From positions 1 to 52,950 of the IMG/VR virus record IMGVR_UViG_3300048032_000821: a stretch of 52,950 nucleotides of DNA; one strand, 5' to 3'. The notes beneath the pieces were generated by a model. The model did not search any database and was not told the origin of the DNA. It saw only the letters and a list, made by a program, of their open reading frames with translations. This document shows, piece by piece, positions 8,360 through 20,100 of the stretch. This DNA comes from a virus (taxonomy: Duplodnaviria > Caudoviricetes). Both the position numbers and the translations under genes were made by a program. How positions within the stretch are numbered: the stretch's first letter is position 1; each line of letters starts with the position of its first letter.

Positions 8360-8888
8360 TTACGAGATTGAGGAGCTTTTGAAGCAACCATACAACGCGG
8401 ATGATGTAAATCCCGTTGAAACTCAGGATAAAACCGACCCAAACCGTATGGCTATGGCCCGAACCTCATGGGGTGAGGCCAGAAACCAAGGACCTGACGG
8501 CATGAAATTGGTTCAGCATGTGATAAAAATGCGAGCTGAGCAGGATAAATATAATTGGCCGGACAATGCGTATGAAGTCACCCGACAGCCTTCTCAATTC
8601 AGCGTTTGGAATGAAGGTGATCCCAATCGAGCAAAAATGGAGTCTTTGGACGAGAACTCTACCGACCCGGAATTTCGAAAAGCGTATGACATGGTAGACA
8701 AACCGCTACCCGCTCATTTGGAGAAGTTCAAAGACGCTGACCATTACCATACGGATAAGGTCTCACCCTCTTGGTCCAAGAGCCCAAAGATGCGAAAGCT
8801 TGGTCAGCATGGCGCACATATTTTTTATTCAACCAAACCCGGAACCGGCGTAACCCCCGCCGCAAACTTAACGGGAGGCACTTTATGA
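8352..8888 (+). CDS. SleB/Hydrolase_2 cell wall hydrolase (candidate endolysin)
   Basis: ARTSWGEARNQ with catalytic Glu, QFSVWN, ADHYH..PSWS and GAHIFY. Confidence 0.85.
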   Translation: MNDYEIEELLKQPYNADDVNPVETQDKTDPNRMAMARTSWGEARNQGPDGMKLVQHVIKMRAEQDKYNWPDNAYEVTRQPSQFSVWNEGDPNRAKMESLDENSTDPEFRKAYDMVDKPLPAHLEKFKDADHYHTDKVSPSWSKSPKMRKLGQHGAHIFYSTKPGTGVTPAANLTGGTL

Positions 8889-9070
8889 CATCTAAAAAAG
8901 AAACCAGTCCTCAAAAACAATTTGAGAATGAGTTAAGCGCAATCTTCGTCCGTTGGTGGGAGGAATCCGATCTGGACGAGGAAGATATGGCTCAAGCTGC
9001 GATCGCGGTAATCGAGCGATTTTGCGACACCACGGTCGAATTCGAAGCCGATTTCGAATGGGAGGAGTAG
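8885..9070 (+). CDS. Small acidic hypothetical protein
   Basis: ATGA overlap with the hydrolase; MTSKKETSPQ..FEADFEWEE. Confidence 0.65.
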   Translation: MTSKKETSPQKQFENELSAIFVRWWEESDLDEEDMAQAAIAVIERFCDTTVEFEADFEWEE

Positions 9071-9072
9071 TA

Positions 9073-9198
9073 ATGCACAGCTTAGAAGAGATAAAATTTA
9101 TGAACACGCCTGCCGAAGTAAAGCGTCGTCAGGCAATAGCCAGGAGACTAAACAATGCCAGCCAGAAAGAAAAAGAGCGCAGCAAGCAAAAAGACTAA
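9073..9198 (+). CDS. Small hypothetical protein
   Basis: MHSLEEIKFMNTPAEVKRRQAIARRLN; starts 2 nt after the previous stop. Confidence 0.55.
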   Translation: MHSLEEIKFMNTPAEVKRRQAIARRLNNASQKEKERSKQKD

Positions 9199-9316
9199 GA
9201 GCAAAAAGGACGCATGTTACCACAAGGTAAAAGCATCCTATAAGGTATTCCCGAGCGCCTATGCGAGCGGGGCGATTGCCAAGTGCAGAAAGAAAGGCGC
9301 GGGCAAGAAGAAATGA
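9155..9316 (+). CDS. Small basic protein of the DACYHKVK..PSAYASGA..KCRK type (53 aa, not in the ORF track)
   Basis: Manual translation MPARKKKSAASKKTKSKKDACYHKVKASYKVFPSAYASGAIAKCRKKGAGKKK; the motif is familiar from aquatic phages. Confidence 0.8.
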   Translation: MPARKKKSAASKKTKSKKDACYHKVKASYKVFPSAYASGAIAKCRKKGAGKKK

Positions 9317-9501
9317 TTGAATTTGAATTCAGATACCGACCTGTCGGCTGCGCCCAATCGAGCGTAAAATACTTTCTTGCGAACAGCGTAAAGGAAGCAA
9401 AAAAGATGTTTCGATATGCATGCACAAGAAAGCGTGTTCGGACTGAATCCTGTAAGATCAAAAAGTTCAATCGCTGGGCTAAAAAGTGGGAGAAAGCATA
9501 A
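9313..9501 (+). CDS. Small basic hypothetical protein
   Basis: ATGA overlap; MIEFEFRYRPVGC..KKFNRWAKKWEKA. Confidence 0.6.
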   Translation: MIEFEFRYRPVGCAQSSVKYFLANSVKEAKKMFRYACTRKRVRTESCKIKKFNRWAKKWEKA

Positions 9502-9761
9502 TGGGCGTAAGAAAGACAGCAAAGGGCGCGGCGCTTAAAAGGTGGTTTAAGGAAAAGTGGAAGGACGAAAAAGGGAACCCGTGCGGCTCGTCAAAAAACA
9601 AGGGAGTCAAGAAGTGTCGTCCCAGCAAAAAAGTTTCAAAGAAGACTCCGGTCACATGGAAAGGTGTCGGTAAGCGTAAGGCTGCCGTCGTGGCGGAGAA
9701 GAAAAGAGTGGGTATGGGGAAACGAACATCATCAATCCGAAAGAGAAAGACTAAAAAATGA
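9501..9761 (+). CDS. Small basic protein (LKRWFKEKW..PCG..CRP type, DUF5872-like)
   Basis: TAATG overlap and recognisable motif. Confidence 0.75.
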   Translation: MGVRKTAKGAALKRWFKEKWKDEKGNPCGSSKNKGVKKCRPSKKVSKKTPVTWKGVGKRKAAVVAEKKRVGMGKRTSSIRKRKTKK

Positions 9762-9817
9762 GCAATTGCGGATGCACAAAGTGCAAATCTAAAAAACGGA
9801 GAAAAAAGAAAAAGTGA
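9758..9817 (+). CDS. 19-aa Cys/Lys-rich peptide
   Basis: MSNCGCTKCKSKKRRKKKK, coupled by ATGA and GTGA overlaps at both ends. Confidence 0.5.
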   Translation: MSNCGCTKCKSKKRRKKKK

Positions 9818-10008
9818 AAAACAAGCAAACAGACTACAAATCAGACGCCGACGAAAGTATGTACGCTCCAGTAGGAAGTTCTAAAAAGCCTAAGAAGCAG
9901 AAAATAGATCCTAATAGCGATCTTGCACGATTGACTAGAGAGCAGAAGGCCAAAAAGAAAAAGAAAAAGAAAAGAGCTGGAACCGGTAACCACCCACTAA
10001 GCAAATAA
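9814..10008 (+). CDS. Small Lys-rich protein
   Basis: 64-aa ORF with a poly-Lys run, within the operon. Confidence 0.6.
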   Translation: MKNKQTDYKSDADESMYAPVGSSKKPKKQKIDPNSDLARLTREQKAKKKKKKKRAGTGNHPLSK

Positions 10009-10010
10009 TT

Positions 10011-10301
10011 ATGGCCGCTAAAAAAGGTTCTATGAAAGGGCACACGATTGGGGGAGGACATAAGCGTCCTACCAAGAGTGGTGCTGGCATGACAAAAAAG
10101 GGTGTCGCAAAATATCGTCGCGATAATCCAGGGTCCAAACTCAAGACTGCGGTTACCGGCAAGGTAAAGAAGGGGAGTAAATCGGCCAAGCGTCGTAAAT
10201 CTTATTGCGCCCGTTCTGCTGGTCAGATGAAAAAATTTCCTAAGGCTGCCAAGAATCCTAACAGCAGGTTAAGACAGGCGCGTCGTCGCTGGAAGTGCTG
10301 A
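10011..10301 (+). CDS. Small basic protein (DUF6321-like)
   Basis: GAGMTKKG..NPGSKLKTAVT..RRKSYCARS..NSRLRQARRRWKC. Confidence 0.8.
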   Translation: MAAKKGSMKGHTIGGGHKRPTKSGAGMTKKGVAKYRRDNPGSKLKTAVTGKVKKGSKSAKRRKSYCARSAGQMKKFPKAAKNPNSRLRQARRRWKC

Positions 10302-12061
10302 TGGAAGATACCCAGCAGCTCCAGGATCTGATCCGCATAGATCCTGAGATCTGGTTCAGTACATTTGCCGTAATCAAGGATAAGCGGGGTAAGGATATCA
10401 AGCCTAAGCCCAACACCCTGCAAAAACGGATGTTCGCCCATTACCGTCAATGTCAGATCGAGGACAAACCGTGCAAGATGATCATATTGAAACCTCGACA
10501 AAAAGGAGCGAGTACCTGCGCACAAGCATTGACATATCATCATATGCGCAAGCATGAGAATCTGAGCGGCTCTTTAATGGGAGATATTAGCGGAACGAGT
10601 GACAAGGTTTTCGAGATATATCGAAGATATGCGGAAAACGATCTATTCCCATGGGATGAAGCCGGTGGATCTCTTGCGGATGGTGGATCCCTTGCTGATT
10701 TGATCAAGCTTAAGAGCAAGAGTAATTACGGTAAAGAAACCGCAGGATCTAAAAATGCCGGACGCTCGGGTACGATTCAGGTTGGTAACATGACCGAGGT
10801 TGCATTCTGGCCCATGCAGGGAGAAAGAGACCCTGCACTTGGCTATCTTCAATCATTATACGATGGAGATAATGTATCTCTTGTTGTTGCTGATTCCACA
10901 CCCAACGGCCCCGCGGGTTGGTTTTATCGTACCTGGGTTCAGGACAATGAATGGGCAAAAATATTTGCTGCATGGTTTGAATTTGAGGATTCGGTCATTC
11001 CATTTAAATCGCAGGCGGAGGAGCAGGATTTTATTGATACGATGACGGAGGACGAAAAGTCCGAGATGGAAAGATTCGATGTAAATTACGAGCAATTGCA
11101 TTGGCGTCGTCGTGTTCTTCAGGACAAATGCAATGGTGATATCAGTAAATTCCGTCAGGAATATCCATCTGATCCCGAGGAATGTTTCCTGATGTCATCC
11201 CGTCCCCGTTTTCATACGGCTAATGTCGAAGCTATGATCAAAGCATGTCCCAGTCAGCATAGCCGTATTGGTAATCTTACAATACAAGGGGAGGGTAGAA
11301 CGGCGGGATTCCAGCCTGATCGTGCGGGTATGTGGAAAATATATGATGAGCCCGAGTATGATTCCAAATATTTGATCTCTGTCGATACCTGTACAGGAGA
11401 AGATCAGCAGACTCAGGGCTTGGCCGCCGATCCTGATTATCATTCTGTCCAGGTTTGGAGAGCACCCTTTGAGGATTGGCATGGCAATTGGCATGTCCCC
11501 CGAATGGTTGCATTGCATCATTCGCGTGTAGACATTGGAATCCTTGCTCATGAAGTGGAAGCGGCCGCCCGCTTTTATGGAAATGCATTTATCATCCCGG
11601 AAGTAAACAATTCCGGCTTGGCATTATTAAAATATTTACTGGAGATGGGCCTGACGGTCTATCGCCGGAGAAAATATAATGATTCCATGGGTATGGTCGA
11701 AAAGAGTTTTGGATGGAGTACCGATAAAATTACCAGAAAGACGATAATTGATCATATGGCTGCCGAAATTATTGAAGAAAATATTGATATACCGGATGAG
11801 GGGGTATTACGGGAGCTAAAGACCTTCATAATTAATGATCGCGGAAAGCCGGAAGCGGCCCCCGGTCATCATGATGATCATGTCCTGGCCGCGGCGATTG
11901 CCCTGTATAACATTGATAATGCAACAACCTATACCGCCCCAAAAAAGAAGAAGATTAGCAATCGTATGTTGCAGAAGAATCCCAGCCTCATGTGCCCGGA
12001 TGGATTCATGCGTGTTCCTCTAGGATCGATTAAGAAGAATTACAAGCGGTTGATGCCGTAA
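10301..12061 (+). CDS. terL: Terminase large subunit
   Basis: ILKPRQKGAST Walker A, STPNG, FRQEYP, nuclease ISVD and HHDDHVLAAAIAL. Confidence 0.95.
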   Translation: MEDTQQLQDLIRIDPEIWFSTFAVIKDKRGKDIKPKPNTLQKRMFAHYRQCQIEDKPCKMIILKPRQKGASTCAQALTYHHMRKHENLSGSLMGDISGTSDKVFEIYRRYAENDLFPWDEAGGSLADGGSLADLIKLKSKSNYGKETAGSKNAGRSGTIQVGNMTEVAFWPMQGERDPALGYLQSLYDGDNVSLVVADSTPNGPAGWFYRTWVQDNEWAKIFAAWFEFEDSVIPFKSQAEEQDFIDTMTEDEKSEMERFDVNYEQLHWRRRVLQDKCNGDISKFRQEYPSDPEECFLMSSRPRFHTANVEAMIKACPSQHSRIGNLTIQGEGRTAGFQPDRAGMWKIYDEPEYDSKYLISVDTCTGEDQQTQGLAADPDYHSVQVWRAPFEDWHGNWHVPRMVALHHSRVDIGILAHEVEAAARFYGNAFIIPEVNNSGLALLKYLLEMGLTVYRRRKYNDSMGMVEKSFGWSTDKITRKTIIDHMAAEIIEENIDIPDEGVLRELKTFIINDRGKPEAAPGHHDDHVLAAAIALYNIDNATTYTAPKKKKISNRMLQKNPSLMCPDGFMRVPLGSIKKNYKRLMP

Positions 12062-12078
12062 TTACCCGTATCTAGCCT
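12043..12078 (+). promoter_or_regulatory. Late-type promoter (variant)
   Basis: CAAGCGG-TTGATG-N17-TAGCCT, 8 nt before ATG 12087. Confidence 0.55.
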
Positions 12079-12086
12079 TTCAGATT

Positions 12087-14105
12087 ATGGCAGATATTCC
12101 TTATGTCCCTCTCATTGATAATAGTACCTACGCTAATAAAAAGTCTTCTAAAGAAAGAAAAGAGCTTAGGCTAAGAGATCTGGGTATAGAATCAGATTCT
12201 GAGGGGCGTTTAACCGTATCTGATCCTGAGGCATTTATTTCTGGGTTAGGTTTATCGGATGCGTATGCAGAACGCTTAATGGGCGAAGGTATTGAATTTA
12301 AAGATTTTGATGAATTTCAAAAATTTATAGATACCGCGGTTGAGTCAGGAAATACGACTAAAGAACAGGGTTTTTACGACGATATCTTTTCAGAGGGAGG
12401 CAATCTAAGGAGTGATGCGGGTATTCAAAAAAATTCAGCCCGCAGATCCGAAGAGTCAGATAAAGCAGCCGACAAAGCCTTTGGAATAAAACCTGAACCA
12501 GCAGCCCCCGCTCCACAAAATCAGGCTCAAGCCGCCCGCCCAACACTTGATCAGCCGGACGGAGTTACTTCAGCCGACGCCCGTGCAGCCGCTCGGACTA
12601 TGCCCGATTTCGTTAATCGTTTAGGCGGAAACGGGAGGTGGGCAAATCAGGCAAAGCTTCAGATGATGCAGGAGGCAAAACGCCGCCAGCAAAATGAGAT
12701 TGCCGAGCTAAAAAAATCCGAAAAAGCCAGAAAACGAGCCGGCGAAGTCGATGAGATTCTTAATGCAAAAAATGACCAGTATCGCCAGCTATATGCAAAT
12801 TCATCGAAAGATCGCTCGGTAGAGGATTGGGACGCAATGGATCGCGATCAAAAGATCAAGATGATCCAGAATTATAATATCAACAGATCTCTTGGAGCAC
12901 CCGCCGGCGAGATAACCGGGCAAAAAATGAGTGCCCAGGTCGCACCACGAGGATCTATGGAAGATCTAACAGCCCCTAGAGAATTTAATGAGGTGACCAA
13001 AAGTTTTGAAGTACCTCAAGAGCCTAGAGAGTTCGACTCCCGAAGAAACACTTTCCAAACTCCTGATGAGATCGCTGCTTCAAGAGTACCGAAATTAGAA
13101 CCCGAATCTTTTGAGCCTCAGGTAAGACCTCCCGAAAGCCCTAATATTGATCTAGATAGCATACAAGAACAGGTTGATTCCGATGCGGCAGAAGCTGAAC
13201 GACTGCGGAGAAGACAGAAACCAGAGATACCTGCGGACGCTGTGCATACAAAACATCCTAATGTACCGAAAGATTCGCACACAGGAATATACGCGACCAA
13301 TCCCGGAGTACAGCAAAGAGCTTTCGATCTTCAGTTGGAGAATGATATAAAAAATACTATTCCGCATGAGAATAATATTGCCGACACCAGATCGACAAAA
13401 GTAACTCCGCCACCAGGCGTAACAATTAAACCTGAACCCGAGGGTGATTTACCAGGGAGTTTGACGCCAGCCTCGCCCAAACCAGTTTCAGACCCGCTGA
13501 CTTCGACGGATAGGGATAGCCGATATCAGCTCCCGGCATATAGCCAGCAAGTTCCGCCCAAATCGACGCCTGTAGTAGTGCCAAATAACATTTCGATAGG
13601 TCCCAAAACAGATGCAGTAACTAAAAGCGTGGCTCCGAACTCCCCTAGCTTAGATCTCGAGACCCCTACCGCAAAACTCCCACCCGCAGACCCATTCCTT
13701 GAGGATGAGCCCGCCGAAAAGGCACCGATTTCTAAAGCGCCCAAGCCAAAGTATATACCAAGGTATGGAAGCCAAGGTTTTATCGGGTTTAACGAAGGAT
13801 CTGCGAACGGCCGTTTCATACAGGCACCTCAAGGTCAGAATCAAAAGACTATGTTAAATAATTTGCTCAGGCAGGATAATGAGGATGACGAAAATCGTAA
13901 AAAGTACACAAACAACAATCCTTTTGGTACTGAGTTTAGACCTGCATCTAGAGACTATCTCGGACCCGTAGAAAAATCACCAACCCCAAGAACTACGGCA
14001 ATGATGAGAGTTTATGATGCGATGCCTAAAAGAAAGCAGCTTGATGTAATAAACTCTTTTCGAAGACATCGAGGCGAGGAAGAGATTTTCAACCCCTTCT
14101 CCTAA
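12087..14105 (+). CDS. Low-complexity Pro-rich protein, probably an internal virion (ejected) protein
   Basis: 672 aa, essentially Cys-free, disordered-looking, directly upstream of the giant protein. Confidence 0.6.
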   Translation: MADIPYVPLIDNSTYANKKSSKERKELRLRDLGIESDSEGRLTVSDPEAFISGLGLSDAYAERLMGEGIEFKDFDEFQKFIDTAVESGNTTKEQGFYDDIFSEGGNLRSDAGIQKNSARRSEESDKAADKAFGIKPEPAAPAPQNQAQAARPTLDQPDGVTSADARAAARTMPDFVNRLGGNGRWANQAKLQMMQEAKRRQQNEIAELKKSEKARKRAGEVDEILNAKNDQYRQLYANSSKDRSVEDWDAMDRDQKIKMIQNYNINRSLGAPAGEITGQKMSAQVAPRGSMEDLTAPREFNEVTKSFEVPQEPREFDSRRNTFQTPDEIAASRVPKLEPESFEPQVRPPESPNIDLDSIQEQVDSDAAEAERLRRRQKPEIPADAVHTKHPNVPKDSHTGIYATNPGVQQRAFDLQLENDIKNTIPHENNIADTRSTKVTPPPGVTIKPEPEGDLPGSLTPASPKPVSDPLTSTDRDSRYQLPAYSQQVPPKSTPVVVPNNISIGPKTDAVTKSVAPNSPSLDLETPTAKLPPADPFLEDEPAEKAPISKAPKPKYIPRYGSQGFIGFNEGSANGRFIQAPQGQNQKTMLNNLLRQDNEDDENRKKYTNNNPFGTEFRPASRDYLGPVEKSPTPRTTAMMRVYDAMPKRKQLDVINSFRRHRGEEEIFNPFS

Positions 14106-14115
14106 CTCCTGAGAA

Positions 14116-17100
14116 ATGTCCCTCTTCGACGATATAGATCTGGGGGCTGATGATTACTCAGGCGAAAAGAAAGATAGCCTAAGTCAATTTACCAGCAAAC
14201 CGGTACAGAAAAAGTATCAACCATTCGGAGGCCAAATGCCTCAGGCTCCACAGCCACAATATGAACCCATTGATTACGGATACGAGGTTCAGCCTGCACA
14301 GCGTCCGAGTAATGTATTTGATGAACTCGATGCCTATGACGGAATCAAAAAAGCTCACGGTCAGTTCAAACAGTATGCTACCGAGAACGAAAGATCTGCC
14401 AAGCATTACGAAGGGTTGTATGATGATTTTGTAAAGAACGAGTTCCAACCGTTTTTCAACAGCGTCGGCGGATTCGGAGATTTTGATAATGATGACGAAA
14501 TGCTTTCGTTCATCGATCAGATGAAAGCGGATGAAGTAAAAGCGAGTCAGGAAGAAGACGGCTTTTTTGGCGGATCTTCCGACCGCAAGATTGCAGCCCA
14601 GGAGAATCTAAAAAAGTTTGGAGCATGGGATAGCACCAATGGATTGCGGGATAAATTTCTCAGGCTGAAGGCTGAGAAGGACCGCAGAAGACAAACCGCA
14701 GATGCTGCCAGAAATCAGGAATTTCAATTATTCGAGCAGCTGACCAACATTCCAATCCCTGCACGGGATGCTATGGATGCACAGCTCAAGGCTCGGAGCG
14801 CATCACCTAAGAGCAAGAAAGCGACAGATGATTTACTGAATCAATATTCTTTTGAGGCTCCGATTGTTGATCACATGACGGGTGAAGTTATCAATTTAGA
14901 AAGAACAGATCCCAGAAAAGCAGTCCCTTCCGCTACCGACCATTTAACCGGCAAGACTTCCAAATCCTTTGATGCGCAAAAACAAAGATTATCGGCTGCT
15001 ATGCGCGGAGATATTAATGGAGTCCTCGCCCGTCGCGATTTGGTAAAGAAGGAAAGAAATCTTCGCGATAAAGGAATCTTCTTCTCTCAGAATGGATTGA
15101 TTGATGGCCGACCCATTGGTCTTTCCCGTAACGATGTCGATCTTCTCGATATTGCTGAGATGAAGGCTGCGGGAATGACCAGCTATCGCGGAAAACCATT
15201 GGAACTCGCAATGGAAGAGCTTGGCGGAGAAGAGAGATTAAAAGCAGCCAAGATCATGGAATCCGTCTATGGTGCCAAGAGCAACTATGAGGATGCACAG
15301 TTAGCATTTCTAAAAGTAGCCGGCAGCTCTAAGGCTGACAAAGCCCGCGAAAAGATGGAAGCCGCCCGGGATGATATGCAAAAAGTAATATCTCTGGCTG
15401 CTGAAAACGGTTTGGATAATGAATTGTTCGAGCAGGCTGAGAGTACCAGCTGGCTTGGTGGATTAGGAAATGCAATTCAGCGGGGTGTTCTCATGAGTGA
15501 GATGAGTGATTATACTCCCGACTTTCTCACGAATACATTGGATGCGGATGAGATGCAGAAATTTATCGAGATCGCATCTGAGATAGAAAAGCTTCCCACG
15601 AGCTCGACCATGAAACGGGTAAGAGAGACCAAGTCCGACGGGTTTCTCGATGCTGTTGGAAATCTATTATTTGATAATCCCGCTGCGATTCCGGAAATGT
15701 TCGTGGAGTCAATATCGGCTTTTCTCCCGGCAACAATCAAATGGCTCATCCCATCAGCCGGAGCAGGAGCCGCGGTCGGTGCAATTGGTGGCCCGGGCGC
15801 TGCATTGGCTGGAGCAGGGGTTGGTGCCAAAGTGTCCTGGGGTGTTGCATCTTTTGTTCTCGAAGCATCCGGCATGGCCTTGGAAGGAATGCAGGAATTG
15901 GGGGTTGATTGGAAGAATCCAAAAGTATTTGCCGCCGCATGGACCAATGAAAGCATTCGCAATAAGATCCAGAAGAAGATGGTGCAGAAGGGTGTTCCTA
16001 TTGCAGCAGCCGATATGCTTGCTGGTATGATGGGTCAGCGGGTCATGGGCGTGATCAACCACACGGGTAACGCGATGTTCAAAGGAGGAAAGCTTCTTGA
16101 TAAAACAGCATTCAATAAGGCACAGGGAGCAGTTCCCAGATTCACAACTTTTCAAAAGACCAGAAATGCAGCAGCCGAATTAGGCTTTGATTCCACCATG
16201 GGTATGTCCGGAGAATATCTGGGACAGTGGGCTAGTAAAGAACCAGGCGAAGCATGGGACTGGGATTCAGTCGTTGCTGAAGGATTTGTTGGGGTTGGCC
16301 CGGGTATACTATCATCCGCTCTCGAAATGCGCGGGCGTAACGCGAACTACTTTAGTAATGCCCCCATTGAGATCAGCGGCGAGCAGGCTACAGAAACCGG
16401 ATCCATGGGTACAATTACCCGTGCAGGGTATGCCGCACCATATCAGACATTCAATGATGCGGATTCAATGGTTGAGTATTTATCCGGTATCCCGGGAGTT
16501 AGCCCCGAGTCACTAGAATTCACCAATGATTTTCTACAACGGATGTTCACGGCAAAGCCTGAAGCCATGGCAAGTCTCAAAGTGGCGATCAGCCCAAGGA
16601 CACCAGATTCCAATATGGCAAACCGCGGACAGTTTGAGAGCCGCGATGGACACGATGTTATCTATATTAATGAGAAAGAATTTGCGGCTGATCCTATGGG
16701 TGCTTTCATGCACGAGTCGGGTCACTTTGCCCGTGTATTTATTCTTTCTGATAAAGAGCTTAATACTATATGGGAAGGTCTAGGACCTGATGCTCAGCTC
16801 GAAGCATACGCCCAGTATTTCACTAAAAAGCCCGATCAGTCTTTCGATTCTTTGCCTGAAAATGAGCAGAAGAAAATAAAACAAGCATTTGATCGGATGA
16901 AACGAACCAGTCCTGATGTCCTTGCCGAGGAGTGGTTTTCTTATCAGTGGGGTCGTGTTTTGACACAGGATGGTAAACCCGACCCATCAGTCGCAAAACA
17001 GCTTAAATCATTTAAAGACAAAGTGCTGCATGAGGCCATGTCTCCTTATGTAGGAACCGAGAACTTGTCAGGTGGCGCGAAAGGAGTAATCCTTGATCAA

Positions 17101-20100
17101 AAAATCAAAGACTTTCTCGGCATGGAAAATGCCATGCCTGAGCCAGCAACTCCTGATGCCGAGGGCTCTCAAACAAACCCGACCCCGCAAACTACGGAGC
17201 AGGCCCAGCGCAAGCTAAACGCAATGCCCGGAACCCCGAAGGAGAAATCCATGATCGCCCGCGCATTGAATGCCATGGCCGGGGAGAAGCTTCTTACGGA
17301 GAGCCAAAGCTTTTACAGACCTAGCATGGGTCAACCTTCAGCAGCCGATCTTGAAGACAGAGAGATTGCTGAGGATTATAAAAAAGAAACTCAGGATCCC
17401 GAAGCAATCGCCGAGGCAGCACCCGCTTTTACGGATGAGAAGCAGACAGTAGAAAAAACTTTAGTAAAACGAGTCCCTGGGGAGAAGAGCTTATACGAAA
17501 GAACTGCCGACAAACCTTCCGGAATCCCGAAAGATCCCGAAAATGCTAAAGGTCTTAGTACTAAGAATAAATCAGAGAGGGCATCCGCTGGCGGGAGAGA
17601 GCTACCGAAAAGTCTGGGCACACCATCGAAAAGAGAGGCAGCGGCGGCTAAACTTCGTATTGAGAAGGCGGAAGCAAAGGAGGCCAAAAAGAAAGCTTTG
17701 GCTGCAAAGAAAGAAGCTTTGAAAAAGGCGCGGCAAACAAAGCCAGAGCCTCAAAAAGTGTCCGTTAAAGATTACACTAAAGAAGTTTCGAAGAAAGTTG
17801 AACAAGAGCGAAACAAATCTGGTGAGGTTGTAAAAGCAACAGAAGAAGGCACCCGCGAAGAACGATTTAAAAAAGGTAAAAAGATTGATGCTCTGAACGC
17901 TTTTGAGGCGGAGAAGAAGGGAATTGATTCCATCATTCCTAAAAGTGAAGAAGAACGAGCAAACTTACAAAAAGCATTTAACAGAATCCAAAAGCTTAAA
18001 GGATTAATGGTTAGCAAAAAAGCTTTGCAGGAAGAGATCGGCAAAGCAAAGAAGGAGATGGGAGATGACGCATCTATATCGGGTATCATTTCCAAAGTTC
18101 TCGGTCTTGAACAGTTACTTGAAGCATCTCCCGTATCCGTTGTTGGAGAGTTAAGAAAAGTCGTAAATCCAACTGCGCGAGGAAAACTACCAAGCAGTCA
18201 GGATATCGAAGACACTATGATCGAAATCCGTGACCGTGTTGATTCGGTTGCCCAGCAGTTGGAGAATCTTATCGCAGAGCGGAACAGAGAAATCCGTAGT
18301 CTTGATAGACCTGAGGGTCAGAAAGAAGTGGCCGAGCTCATAAAATTAAGAACTCTGGCCGAGCAGTACCTCGCAATCATAGCTCCCGAAAAGCTTAACA
18401 TTGATTGGAGAGACACACCCCACTTCTTTTATAAAAGACGCAAAAAAGGTTCGAAAGTATTGGAGCCGGTAACCCTTGGGTTTCTAGCCGATAATAAAGA
18501 CTACGGCTCATACGAAATCACAGATAATAAAGGTACGGTAAACAAGAAGACCATGGGGCAAAAACCTCAGCATGTATTATGGGATTTTGTTACTGGCGGA
18601 TTTGATCCTGAGAAACAAACCAAGACATCTGAAGCTAATTTCAAGAAAAAGACAGGCGGGCTAAATCTCAAGGAATACACCGCACGGCTTGAGGCTGTAC
18701 GAGCATCCGCAATGTTCAAGAAGCAAAAAGATATTGGTAACGAGCCAATAACTACAGATTCCAGAGTCATGGAATATCCATCCGGATTTACCATGGATTC
18801 AGGAGCAAATTTCGGTGCAATCGTTGCGGAACGGATCAGGCAGATGCTCATGAAAAAGGGAGCTAAACCAGTTCCTATGTTCAGCGAAAATCCTACCGTT
18901 GAAGAGATCCAGGCATTACTCATGGCCAATGGCCGAAGTCTTGAACTCCTTGGGGATCCGAGAGATTCAACAAAAGATTTTGATAAATTGATGTACATCA
19001 TCGAAACCCAGAACCAGCTTCGCAAGGTTAAGGGAAATCAGCCAAGAGACATACCAGGTTTTGACGGCAAACCAATCTTCGGAATAAAAAGCACGGGCGA
19101 ACCGATCATATTTGATCATACCCGAGCATTGGCCGAGCAGTTTGAATATGCAGAAGAAGATGGAAATCCATTTCCGCAAGTAGAACCAAATGCTCCGTTT
19201 TCTAAAACATTGGCAAAAATAATTAGTGCCAAAGTCCGCCTTAAATACACCCAGGATTATTACAGGCAGGCCGGAGAGAATGCTCAGCTTACTAATCCTA
19301 TCGACGGCAAACCGCTTGAAATATCCGAAGATTCTAAGGTCGGAAGAAAAGAGATTCGGCGTGTTTTTGGTGAGTCTGACCCAGCAAATATTGAGCAGTA
19401 TATTGACCAGGAAAAAGAAAATCTTACGCAAAATACTATTGATATTCTTACAGCTCGGGCCAAACAACTACGGGATCTCAAAACTCTAGATGGGCAGTTC
19501 GAACTCGAACTCAAAGATGCATACAACCAATTCTTTCAATCCAAGGACAAAAAAGGTGTAGCCAAGGTCATTGACGATCTGGCTAACAATTTCAATTTCA
19601 TACCATACCCTCAGCCCGACAGCTTCATGCCAAACGCTGAGGACATGGGAATCGGGCTTGCTAAGTTCGAGCAAAAAGGAAATCGCTCAGCCCCAAAACT
19701 ACCAAAAGGATTCTTTGTAAAACCACGGAGCGATTATAATTACAGAAAACCTTTCCACAGCACCTCCGACAAAATACCTGCACGAAAAGTTGAGGTTCGC
19801 GTTAAAAAGAAAAAGACTTCGTTAGTCGCTAATTATGGATCTTTTGAAGATGTAATAAAAAAAGCAAAGGAAAGGGGCGGAGAGATAGAAAAAGAAGCAC
19901 AGGCTCTTGAGGACAGAATGGCAGATGTTGAGTTCGATTCTAGACAAGCTCCAAACGGGAATCTTTTGCGAAGTGCACAAAATAGCTTATACAAAGCAGC
20001 AGTAAGTTTAATTCAAGACCCGGATGATTATCAAGAAACTGTAACCGAAGTCGTTGAAGATAGAGGCCACGGAGAATTTACCGCGGGCAAGATCTACGAA

